Positions 51,465-61,954 of a stretch of 64,000 bases of DNA are shown here, one piece after another (position 1 is the stretch's first letter; every line of letters begins with the position of its first letter). The DNA is from Leucoraja ocellata. Lineage: Eukaryota. Under the pieces are notes generated by a model. The model ran no database searches, was not told the origin of the DNA, and saw only the letters and a list, made by a program, of their open reading frames with translations. The position numbers were made by a program, and so were the translations under genes. The stretch is taken from NCBI GenBank assembly GCA_036785375.1, contig JAWMAR010000077.1, positions 1,426,001 to 1,490,000 of the forward strand, read 5' to 3'.

Positions 51465-51800
51465 AACTATCTCCCAGTTGCCAAACATTTCAACTCTCCT
51501 TTCCACTCCCATACTGACTTTTCTGCCATGAGTTTCCTCCACTGATAGAGTCACACACAAATTGGAGCAACAGCACCTCATATTTCACTTGGGCAGCTTA
51601 CAACCCAGCCAACTGATTTCCTAACTTCAAAGGTACACAAAAATGCTGGAGAAACTCAGCGGGTGCAGCAGCATCTATGGAGCGAAGGAAATAATATTTG
51701 TGTGTACCTTCGATCTTCCAGCATCTGCAGTTCCTTCTTGAACACTCCTAACTTCAAGCTGTCTGACCCAGAGTTACTCCAGCATGTTGCGTCTATCTTT
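51465..51800 (+). mobile_element. Penelope GIY-YIG C-terminal remnant with a nested Penelope-like terminus
   Basis: PVAKHFNSPFHSH...KLEQQHLIFHLGSLQP; insert 51631-51745 flanked by TCCTAACTTCAA (51619-51630 / 51746-51757). Confidence 0.7.
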
Positions 51801-52049
51801 AGTAGCTGAAGACTTGGTCACAGATGATGGAGTGATCATAATCAAGAGCCAATGTCCAGAAATAGAGGAATACAAAGATTTCAAGGATCAGAGAGCGCTG
51901 TTGATTATAGAACTTGGCCATGGAGGAACATGGAAAACCAGAATGAGGATCTTATAATTGCAGCATTGCTTACCAAAAAGGCCCACTTCAAAATGTAATC
52001 ACTACTACTAAAGACCGGTCCGGTTGCTCAGAAGGGTAAGGAAAAGAAG

Positions 52050-52562
52050 GGGAGGGCAATTGTAATAGGCGACTCTATAGTCAGGGGGTCGGATAGGCGA
52101 TTCTGTGGACGCAGACAGGAGTCCCGGATGGTAGTTTGCCTCCCTGGTGCCAGGGTCAGGGATGTGTCTGAACGTGTCCAAGAAATCCTGAAATGGGAGG
52201 GAGAGGAGCCTGAGGTTGTGGTGCATATAGGTACCAACGACATAGGTAAAAAAAGAGAAGAGGTCTTGAAAGAAGAATTTAGGGAATTAGGTAGAGAGTT
52301 AAGGAGAAGGACTGGAAAGGTAACAATCTCAGGATTACTGCCTGTGCCACGCGACAGTGAGAGTAGGAATGGAGTGAGGTGGAGGATAAATGCGTGGATG
52401 AGGGACTGGTGCAGTGGGTATGGATTCAAGTTTCTGGATCATTGGGACCTCTTTTGGGGAAGGTGCGACCTGTACAGAAAGGACGGGTTGCACTTGAACT
52501 CAAGGGGGACCAATATCCTGGCGGGGAGATTTGCAAAGGCTACTGGAGAAACTTTAAACTAG
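52050..52562 (+). CDS. CR1 ORF1 C-terminal SGNH/GDSL esterase domain (partial)
   Basis: IGDSIVR, CLPGARV, VVHIGTND and DGLHLN motifs. Confidence 0.85.
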   Translation, partial: GRAIVIGDSIVRGSDRRFCGRRQESRMVVCLPGARVRDVSERVQEILKWEGEEPEVVVHIGTNDIGKKREEVLKEEFRELGRELRRRTGKVTISGLLPVPRDSESRNGVRWRINAWMRDWCSGYGFKFLDHWDLFWGRCDLYRKDGLHLNSRGTNILAGRFAKATGETLN

Positions 52563-55513
52563 TATGGTTGGGGGGAGGGACTCAAATTGGGAAAGCTAGC
52601 AGTCAGTGTGTGAAGCAGGGGGCAGAGAATGGTAGCACTCTGACCCATAATGTAGGGGAGAGAGAAGAAAAAGAAAATAATCAGAGAATAAGAGAAGGTG
52701 GGTTTCTTAAATGTGTATATTTTAATGCTAGGAGCATTGTAAGAAAAGTGGATGAACTTAGAGCCTGGATTGACACCTGGAAGTATGATGTTGTGGCGAT
52801 CAGTGAAACATGGTTGCAGGAGGGCTGTGATTGGAAACTAAATATTCCAGGATTTCGTTGCTTCAGGTGTGATAGAATTGGAGGGGCAAGAGGTGGAGGT
52901 GTTGCTTTGCTAGTCAGGGAAGATATTACAGCAGTGCTTTGGCAGGATAGATTAGAGGGCTCGTCTAGGGAGGCTATTTGGGTGGAACTGAGAAATGGGA
53001 AAGGGGTAGCAACACTTATAGGGGTGTATTATAGACCGCCAAATGGGGAGCGAGAATTGGAAGAGCAAATATGTGAGGAGATTGCAGATATTAGTAGTAA
53101 GCACAAGGTAGTGATTGTGGGAGATTTCAATTTTCCACACATAGACTGGGAAACACATTCTGTAAATGGGCTGGATGGGTTGGAGTTTGTAAAATGTGTG
53201 CAGGATAGTTTTTTGCAACAATACATAGAAGTACCTACTAGAGAAGGGGCGGTACTGGACCTCCTGTTAGGAAATGAGATGGGTCAGGTGGCAGAGGTAT
53301 GCGTTGGGGAACAGTTCGGGTCCAGTGATCACAATACCATTAGTTTCAATATAATTATGGAGAGGGACAAAACGGGACCTAGGGTTGAGATTTTTGATTG
53401 GAGAAAGGCTAACTTTGAGGAGATGCGAAAGGATTTAAAAGGAGTAAATTGGGACAGTTTGTTTTATGGGAAAGATGTGGAAGAGAAATGGAGTACATTT
53501 AAAGGTGAAATTTTAAGAGAACAGAATCTTTATGTCCCTGTTCGGTTGAAAGGAAATCGTAAAAATTGTAAAGAGCCATGGTTTTCAAGGGAAATTGGAC
53601 ACTTGGTTCGGAAAAAGAGGGAGATCTACAATAATTATAGGCAGCATGGAGTAAATGAGGTGCTTGAGGAGTATAAAGAATGTAAAAAGAATCTTAAGAA
53701 AGAAATTAGAAAAGCTAAAAGAAGATATGAGGTTGCTTTGGCAAGTAAGGTAAAAGTAAATCCGAAGGGTTTCTACCGCTATATTAATAGCAAAAGGATA
53801 ACGAGGGATAAAATTGGTCCATTAGAGAGTCAGAGTGGACAACTATCTGCAGAGCCAAAAGAGATGGGGGAGATATTGAACAGTTTCTTTTCTTCGGTAT
53901 TCACCAAGGAGAAGGATATTGAATTATGTGAGGTAAGGGAAACAAGTAGAGTAGCTATGGAAACTATGAGGATCAAAGAAGAGGAAGTACTGACACTTTT
54001 GAGAAATATAAAAGTGGATAAGTCTCCAGGTCCGGACAGGATATTCCCTAGGACATTGAGGGAAGTTAGTGTAGAAATAGCAGGGGCTATGGCAGAAATA
54101 TTTCAAATGTCATTAGAGACGGGAATAGTGCCGGAGGATTGGCGTACTGCGCATGTTGTTCCATTGTTTAAAAAGGGGTCTAAGAGTAAACCTAGCAATT
54201 ATAGACCTGTTAGTTTGACGTCAGTGGTGGGCAAATTAATGGAAAGAATTCTTAGAGATAATATATATAAGCATCTGGATAAACAGGGTCTGATTAGGAA
54301 CAGTCAACATGGATTTGTGCTTGGAAGGTCTTGTTTAACTAATCTTCTTGAATTTTTTGAAGATGTTACTCGGGAAATTGATGAGGGTAACGCAGTGGAT
54401 GTTGTGTATATGGACTTCAGTAAGGTCTTTGACAAGGTTCCTCATGGAAGGTTGGTTAAGAAGGTTCAATGGTTGGGTATTAATGGTGGAGTAGCAAGAT
54501 GGATTCAACAGTGGCTGAATGGGAGATGCCAGAGAGTAATGGTGGATGGTTGTTTGTCAGGTTGGAGGCCAGTGACGAGTGGGGTGCCACAGGGATCTGT
54601 GTTGGGTCCACTGTTGTTTGTCATGTACATCAATGATCTGGATGATGGTGTGGTAAATTGGATTAGTAAGTATGCAGATGATACTAAGATAGGTGGGGAT
54701 GCGGGTAATGAAGTAGAGTTTCAAAGTCTACAGAGAGATTTATGCCAGTTGGAAGAGTGGGCTGAAAGATGGCAGATGGAGTTTAATGCTGATAAGTGTG
54801 AGGTGCTACATCTTGGCAGGACAAATCAAAATAGGACGTACATGGTAAATGGTAGGGAATTGAAGAATGTAGGTGAACAGAGGGATCTGGGAATAACTGT
54901 GCACAGTTCCCTGAAAGTGGAATCTCATGTAGATAGGGTGGTAAAGAAATCTTTTGGTGTGCAGGCCTTTATAAATCAGAGCATTGAGTATAGAAGTTGG
55001 GATGTAATGTTAAAATTATATAAGGCATTGGTGAGGCCAATTCTGGAGTATGGTGTACAATTTTGGTCGCCTAATTATAGGAAGGATGTCAACAAAATAG
55101 AGAGAGTACAGAGGAGATGTACTAGAATGTTGCCTGGGTTTCAGCAACTAAGTTACAGAGAAAGGTTGAACAAGTTAGGGCTTTATTCTTTGGAGCGCAG
55201 AAGGTTAAGGGGGGACTTGATAGAGGTTTTTAAAATGATGAGAGGGATAGACAGAGTTGACGTGGAAAAGCTTTTCCCACTGAGAGTAGGGAAGATTCAA
55301 ACAAGGGGACATGACATGAGAATTAAGGGACTGAAGTTTAGGGGTAACATGAGGGGGAACTTCTTTACTCAGAGAGTGGTAGCTGTGTGGAATGAGCTTC
55401 CAGTGAAGGTGGTGGAGGCAGGTTCGTTTTTATCATTTAAAAATAAATTGGATAGTTATATGGATGGGAAGGGAATGGAGGGTTATGGTCTGAGCGCAGG
55501 TATATGGGACTAG
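52379..55513 (+). CDS. CR1 ORF2: APE endonuclease plus reverse transcriptase (true start uncertain)
   Basis: Stop-free 1044-codon frame with YFNARS, ISETWL, GDFN, SDH, NYRPVSL, PQGSVLGP and YADD. Confidence 0.95.
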   Translation: MEDKCVDEGLVQWVWIQVSGSLGPLLGKVRPVQKGRVALELKGDQYPGGEICKGYWRNFKLVWLGGGTQIGKASSQCVKQGAENGSTLTHNVGEREEKENNQRIREGGFLKCVYFNARSIVRKVDELRAWIDTWKYDVVAISETWLQEGCDWKLNIPGFRCFRCDRIGGARGGGVALLVREDITAVLWQDRLEGSSREAIWVELRNGKGVATLIGVYYRPPNGERELEEQICEEIADISSKHKVVIVGDFNFPHIDWETHSVNGLDGLEFVKCVQDSFLQQYIEVPTREGAVLDLLLGNEMGQVAEVCVGEQFGSSDHNTISFNIIMERDKTGPRVEIFDWRKANFEEMRKDLKGVNWDSLFYGKDVEEKWSTFKGEILREQNLYVPVRLKGNRKNCKEPWFSREIGHLVRKKREIYNNYRQHGVNEVLEEYKECKKNLKKEIRKAKRRYEVALASKVKVNPKGFYRYINSKRITRDKIGPLESQSGQLSAEPKEMGEILNSFFSSVFTKEKDIELCEVRETSRVAMETMRIKEEEVLTLLRNIKVDKSPGPDRIFPRTLREVSVEIAGAMAEIFQMSLETGIVPEDWRTAHVVPLFKKGSKSKPSNYRPVSLTSVVGKLMERILRDNIYKHLDKQGLIRNSQHGFVLGRSCLTNLLEFFEDVTREIDEGNAVDVVYMDFSKVFDKVPHGRLVKKVQWLGINGGVARWIQQWLNGRCQRVMVDGCLSGWRPVTSGVPQGSVLGPLLFVMYINDLDDGVVNWISKYADDTKIGGDAGNEVEFQSLQRDLCQLEEWAERWQMEFNADKCEVLHLGRTNQNRTYMVNGRELKNVGEQRDLGITVHSSLKVESHVDRVVKKSFGVQAFINQSIEYRSWDVMLKLYKALVRPILEYGVQFWSPNYRKDVNKIERVQRRCTRMLPGFQQLSYRERLNKLGLYSLERRRLRGDLIEVFKMMRGIDRVDVEKLFPLRVGKIQTRGHDMRIKGLKFRGNMRGNFFTQRVVAVWNELPVKVVEAGSFLSFKNKLDSYMDGKGMEGYGLSAGIWD

Positions 55514-56965
55514 GGGAGATTATGTGTTCGGCACGGACTAGAAGGGTCGAGATGGCCTGTTTCCGTGCTGTAATTGTTATATGGTTATATGGTTATACTA
55601 TACTCACTCCAACCTGCGCGAGATAACCACTGATGAGGTGTTTGCGCAGTAATCAACCAGAACCAGAACCAGAACTGTCAGTCAGCAAGCTCAGAGGTGA
55701 TGGGTGAAACGGATGTAGTACAGGTAAAGAAGATCAGCAATGTATTGTATGAGCTGTTGCTCACAGATCAGCTCTTTCCTCTCCACCTGTGTCATTAGTC
55801 ACATAAGTACTGTGGTTATCACAGCAGGTCAGAAGCTGGGTATCCTGTAGCGAGCGACTCACCTCCCAACACTCAAGGCTTTCCACCCGCTATGCAAGTA
55901 AAACTCAGCGATATGGCAGAATGCTCTCCACTCACCTACATGAATGTAGCTGCAACAACACAAACAGCACACTATTCGGAAAAAAGTAGCCTGCTTGATT
56001 AGCATCCCAACTGAGATACTAACCACTCAATTCAACTATCGTTGTTGCAGCACCATGTGCCGCCTTCAAAATTTCAGGCCGCTCCAATAGCACATCAGAA
56101 GGACGAGGGGACTATGGGCATGGGAACACCACCACCTGCAGTTTCTCCTTAAAGTTACACGTAATTGTGTCTTGAAAATATATTGTTGTCCTTTTTGCAG
56201 AATTGACTTGATGGGCCGAATGACCCAATTCTGCTCCTATCACGTGACCTTATGAGTACAAAAAAAGGGAAGTAATGTTGAACCTGAATAAAATGCCACA
56301 GGTCATAAATAGAGTTTTGCTTCCCATTTTTTATCACTAAAGAGTGGTGAAAGGCATGATAGCCATAAAGAGTGAAGAGCAAAACACGAACCACCAGATT
56401 CAGGAGCAGCTACTTCCTCGTTGTTATCAGTCTACTGAATGGACATCTCGTAAACTAAGGGTGTAGTCTCAACCTACTTCTTTTTGCACTATTTTTAATC
56501 TGCACTTTCCTGCGTATATGTAACACGATATTCTGCACTCTAGTTCTTTTTCTCTTTGCGCTACACATTGTGTCTGTGTGCGATTATACTCACATACAAT
56601 ACAACTTGACTGGATAGCACTCAATACATCTCTGTACAAGTGACGATAATAAATCAATACAAATATATACTAGAATGGTTTCGGCAATGATACATTTCAG
56701 CCACAAGGTTTATTGATTATACATTAATAATGGATTTGTCAAACTTGAAACCCATGGAATTAAAAGGGATGCAGTAGCATGGGTACAATATTGATTAAGA
56801 AATTGAGTTTTTAAAGTTTGTTTTTGGACTATGGGATATTTACGGGAAGGCTTCCCGAGAGTCAATACCAAGACCACTTTTCTTAATATATATTAATGAT
56901 CTGCACTTGGGAAAATGGTACTTAATTTAAGTTTTTCTTTTAAGTTTAAATTATTCATTAAATCT

Positions 56966-57925
56966 TTTTTTTTTAATATTTTATTTTATTAGAAGTAAGT
57001 ACAGTCATATGGCACCAAAGTGCCTAATATATATTTTCATAATACATTTTATGTACAACTTCTTTTTTTTTTGTTACATTGAAAAAAGATGAGAATAAGA
57101 AAAAGAAGTTAGATAGTAAAGGATAGAAAGATGTGAAATATATAGTGTGTGAAGAAAGAAAACGAGTAAATGAAGAAAGTTGAGAGAGAAAATAGTGAAA
57201 AGAAAATAAAATAAAAAAGAGAAGGAGATCATTATTTATAATCTTGACCAACTCTGGTCCAGTCCTGAAACAATTATTTTTTACAATTGTGTTGCACCAT
57301 ATGATTCCAAAAAAACGACGAATGGAGACCAACTCGTTATGAAATGGTCTGATTTATCCATTAGGAGGAATCGCATTTCCTCAAGATGAGCGGTGTCCAA
57401 CATACTTGCAATCCACATTTTAAGCGTTGGTATTGATGTACCCTTCCAAAATTTAAGTATTAATTTTTTTGCTATTATTAAACCATAGTTAAGGAATAGA
57501 TTTTGAGATGTGTTCAATTTATTCCCATCTTCCATTACACCAAATATAATCATTTCAGTATTAGGTTCCATTCTCGTCTTGAATAATTTTGTAAGTATTT
57601 CAAAAATATCATTCCAAAATCTATAAAGTTTTATGCAGGAAACTAAGGAGTGTGTTATAGTTGCCTTTTGGGCTAGACATTTAACACAAGTGGCGGATAT
57701 ATTTGGATAAAATTTGTTCAATCTTGTTTTTGAATAATATAATCTATGTACAATTTTAAATTGAATTAGATTATGTCTTACATTAATTGAACATTTGTGA
57801 ATATATATCAGGTATTTTTCCCATTTAACCTTCGTAATTTTTATCATTAATTCCCGTTCCCACTCTTTTCTAAGTACCTCTGTCGATGGTAGGTCTATAT
57901 TTAGAATACTATTATATAAATAAGA
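56966..57925 (-). mobile_element. 5'-truncated L1/Tx1-clade LINE
   Basis: ORF 57281-57847 with CVKC...H...C C-terminal knuckle; poly(A) tail; 14-bp TSD TATTCATTAAATCT at 56952-56965 / 57926-57939. Confidence 0.9.
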
Positions 57926-58359
57926 TATTCATTAAATCTGCAAGGAATGTACCAACAATGGATAGAACCAAAAATAAATTAACTATATATAACTATAATA
58001 AATAAACAAGAATTGATGGAATAATGGGAGAATTAGAGCAAGGACATTTGTGGCAAAATCTGATAAGATTATCACATCAAAGTTAGGTACAAGAACAGGA
58101 CTGATAAACAAAATAATGATGTCTATGGAGCAAAGAGATAGTCTGGGAAACTTATTTCAGATCAAAGCAAACAAAATAACAGGGTCTAAGAGGTCAGCAG
58201 GCAGTCTAGAAGAAAAGAAGCTGCAAACAAGTGAAGAAAACAAGAAATGACCTTGCTACAGCCTCTCAAAGAGGAAGTCACTGAGGTACTGAGGAACAGA
58301 GTGACTCTGTTAAGCATTGCTTCTTTGTACTAGATGCAACTTACTTAACTAATTTGTTA

Positions 58360-58937
58360 TCCTTTCTGACAACACCACTGTTGTTGGTTGTATCGCTGGT
58401 GATGGTGTGTCAGCATAAAGGAGAGAGATAAGACATGTGGTTGAGAGGTTTCACAATAACAACTACTCGCTCAACATGACTGGCCTTGGGTCCAGCACAC
58501 AGATGTCATTATGAAAAAAAGGCACACCAGTGCCTACTGAGTTACTCCAGCTTTGTGTGTCTATCCTCTACTTTCTTATGCTTGAAGAGATTTAACATGT
58601 TTCTGAATACACTAATAAACTTTGAAACATATTACCGTAGAAAGTATATTCACAGGTTGCAAGACATCATGGCCTGGTACGGCAATTCCAACGGATAGTA
58701 ACGCAAGAAGCTGCAGAGAGCAGTAGACTTAGTCCCGTCTATCATGGGAACAGCTTTCATCTCCATTGAAATCTCCATCTCCATCTCTATCTCTAACTCT
58801 ATACGAGGTGCTGCCTCAAGAATCTATCATCAAGGATCCCCAACAAAGGGCCCTTACCCTCTTGTCACTCATATGATCCCACACCATCAGGTTCAGGTAT
58901 AGCCACTTTCTTACAACTATCAGGTTTGTGAACCAAC
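58360..58937 (+). mobile_element. Degenerate Rex/Babar-type LINE fragment
   Basis: SDNTTVVGCI, AWYGN and IIKDP-like remnants. Confidence 0.55.
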
Positions 58938-60948
58938 CAGGGCTCTCACTTAACTTTTTTTCCCTGTTGCCAGCCGGGCAACCTAGGCAGCTTTTTAGGT
59001 TGCCAAATGACGGTTTAGGTGGTCATTTAAGACGGCTTGCATTTACGCGTGTGATAATGTGCTCGGACGAAGTGCGCAGTTACAAGTTGGAATTATGCTC
59101 AATGTTCATTCACATATTATTTCTGCTTCAAATAAAGCCAAACTAAACATATTCACCAATCAAGACATGAAAAATACCACAATGACATGCAGCAAAACTA
59201 TAATACAGTATCTCAACTCTTTTTACATGTTGCAATGAATACAATCTATATTACTAAATTTCTGTTCTTGACCGCTTTTGGCCTTCTCTGCTGTGATTTC
59301 CGAGTGAACGCCGCCACCTACGGCCGTCATTTTTGGCCACCTTGCTCAGAACCCCCCTCCGCCGCATGTGTGCCGAGGATTTTACCCGTCGATGAAAAAT
59401 GATGGAGATATTAATGTTTTTACAAAATTCCCCATTCTCTCTGCTGCCCCTGCTGGAGGGCGGGGGAGGGACTATAAAACCAGGAAGTGGTGTGCCTCAA
59501 TCAGTCTCTCATCAAGATGCTCTGTCAATTAGTCTCTGTCACTCTGAATGACACTGAACAAATTGCTTCACACCTGTGAGTAAGTACCCTTAATGTGGTT
59601 TGAAAATGAAAATATAGTTAGTTTGAAATAAAAAAGCACTGCCTGCAAATGGTTGTTTGGGGGGTTTGGGTTGAAGTAAAAAGGCACTCTCTTTCTCTCT
59701 CCGCTCCTCTCTCCCCCCACCCCTCTCTTTCTCTCTCTCCCCCTCTGTCTCTCTCCCTTTCTCTCTCTCTCTCTCCCCCCCTCCTCTTCCCCCTCTCCTC
59801 CCCCCCCCTCTCCTTCCCCCCCCTCTCCCTCCTCCCCTCTCCCCCCCTCTCCCCTCCATCTCTCCTCCCCTCCTCCCTCCTCTCCCCCGTCTCCTCTCCC
59901 CCCTCCCTCTCCTCTTATTCTCCATCCCCTCCCCCACCGTCCCTCCCCTAAACCCCCCTCCACTCCACACACCCCTACCCCCTTCCCTCCACCCTCCCCC
60001 CCTTCCTGCTCCCCACCTCTCCCCTTCCCCTCACCTCACCTCACCCCCCTCAGCACACCCTCTCTCTCCCCCTCTCCTCTCTCCCCTCCCCCCTCCCCCT
60101 CTCTCCTCCCCCCCCCCCCCCCCTCCCTCGCCATTGGCACCCAGGCAACCGCTAATTTCGAGCCCTGTACAAACTGGGCATCTTCATTGCTGTTCACAAC
60201 ACATGCGTCTAAAATGAATGTCCGGTAATGTGGCATTTCGACACCTTTAAACATATTGTGAAATGAACATTTGCTGCAGTTATATCCTTTGACCATCTCT
60301 TGTCAGTTAGTGTAATGTTTAACCTGTCAGATGGGTATAGTCGGTTTTAACAGCTATTATCATAAAATGCCTTTAGAAATTTCCTTGCAACCTGTATATT
60401 TTGTTGTGGATAAATTATGTGGGAAGTGAGAGTGTTTATGTACCAATAGCAATAATAACCCATGCTATGGCCATGTTATGATAATTTTCAGTCCTTCACA
60501 GAAAACATGCTTGCATCAATCTGTAGTGTGCATGGTTAAGCATATATGTTACCATAGTCCAGGATTTATTGACACAGGTTGATCACACGCTGAATAATCC
60601 AACCACATTTTTGTTTGGAAGTGGAAAGAAATAATAGAAATTGCATTCATTGCAACGTGTAAAAATAGTTGAAATACCGTATTATAGTTTTGCTGCATGT
60701 CATTGTGGTATATATAATGTCTTGATTGGTGAATATGTTTAGTTTGTGACTTTATTTGAAGCAGAAATAATATGAGAATGCTTCATGGAGCATAATTCCG
60801 ACTGGTAACTGCGCACTTCGTCCGAGCACATTATCGCAAGCGTCATGCAAGCCATCTTAAATGACCACCTAAACTGTCATTTGGCAACCTAAAACGCTGC
60901 CTAGGTTGCCAAATGGCAACATGGAAAAAATGTTAAGTGAGAGCCCTG
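58938..60948. mobile_element. Long-TIR non-autonomous DNA transposon (hAT-like CAGGG ends) with nested inserts
   Basis: About 58938-59244 is the reverse complement of about 60642-60948; no TSD seen. Confidence 0.8.
59690..60130 (+). repeat. Polypyrimidine / C-rich low-complexity tract
   Basis: About 440 bp almost entirely C and T. Confidence 0.95.
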
Positions 60949-61649
60949 TTGTTCGCACCAGTTTTAAATAAAACTATTGATAAACGCTGTTTCCATCATT
61001 CTAACTTCAGAATTAATGTTAAAATTTCAACTGAAATATCTCCTGACCAAATTCGTGATGTATATGACCGACTCTAGAAGTAAAACCTGGATAAATCCAA
61101 CGTATAGTTGTGAATGCTGCTCATTAAATAACTACAGTACCAATACTCCATATTAAGAGCACTGATTTGCCGTTAACCCCCCCCCCCACACCTATCTCTC
61201 TAGGGATTGAAGAGGGAAGGTGAAGAGGAGGAGGAGGGAGTGCTGGGCGATGAGGAGAAATGAGCCGCTCCGGCGCAATTTGGGGCTATGCGTGAGTGAT
61301 GCAATATCGCGTTTGAGGAACGGCTTGAGTTGGGGGAACGGGTGAGTGGTGGAATCTTGCATTGGAGGAGCAAACCCAACGTTTGACCAGTTAATGGAGT
61401 CCTTTGAAGAAGTCATATGTGGATAAAGAGGTGCAAGAGGATCTACTATACACAGATTTCTAGAAAACATTCCAAAACTTCCCACATGAAAAGTTATTGT
61501 AGAAAAGAATGGTAATTAAGAAAGCTAGCTAAATGTTATTGTCTCCTGCTATAAGAATCACATTCAAAAGAGTATCAAATATTTAGATATTTTGATCAAT
61601 TATTTCAACATTTGAGAGACCATATCTGGAGTACTGTATATAGGCTGAT

Positions 61650-61954
61650 GTAGGCAGAGCTGTAGATGTTATGTACGTGGACTTCAGTAATGTGTTCGAC
61701 AATGTCCCACACAGTAGGCTGCTCTGGAAGGTTAGATTGCATCGGATCCAAGGAGAGATAGCTGAATGGATAGCATATTGGCTCCACGGAAGGAATCAGA
61801 GGGTGATGGTGGAAGGTTGCTTCTCGGGCTGGAGGCCTGTGACTAGTGGTGTGCCTCAGGGTTGGTGCTGGGCCCGTTATTGTTTGTCATCAACATCAAT
61901 TATTTGGATGAGAACATACAGGGCAAGATTAGCAAGTTTGCTGATGATACAAAA
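61650..61954 (+). mobile_element. CR1 RT fragment abutting duplication copy B
   Basis: DFSNVFDNVPH...SGVPQG...FADDTK. Confidence 0.8.

Larger units (their letters stand above)
52009..55596 (+). mobile_element. Long young CR1 LINE, 5'-truncated within ORF1
   Basis: ORF1 esterase remnant, uninterrupted ORF2, 3' UTR and (TATGGTTA)n tail. Confidence 0.96.

Noticed and set aside
59568-60296. Gly/Glu/Arg-rich and Pro/Ser/Leu-rich ORFs
   Set aside because: Translations of the C/T low-complexity tract.
61190-61390. GC-rich patch as STARD3NL promoter or exon 1
   Set aside because: GTGAGT motifs are on the wrong strand and the sequence looks like a repeat fragment; exon 1 was not identified.
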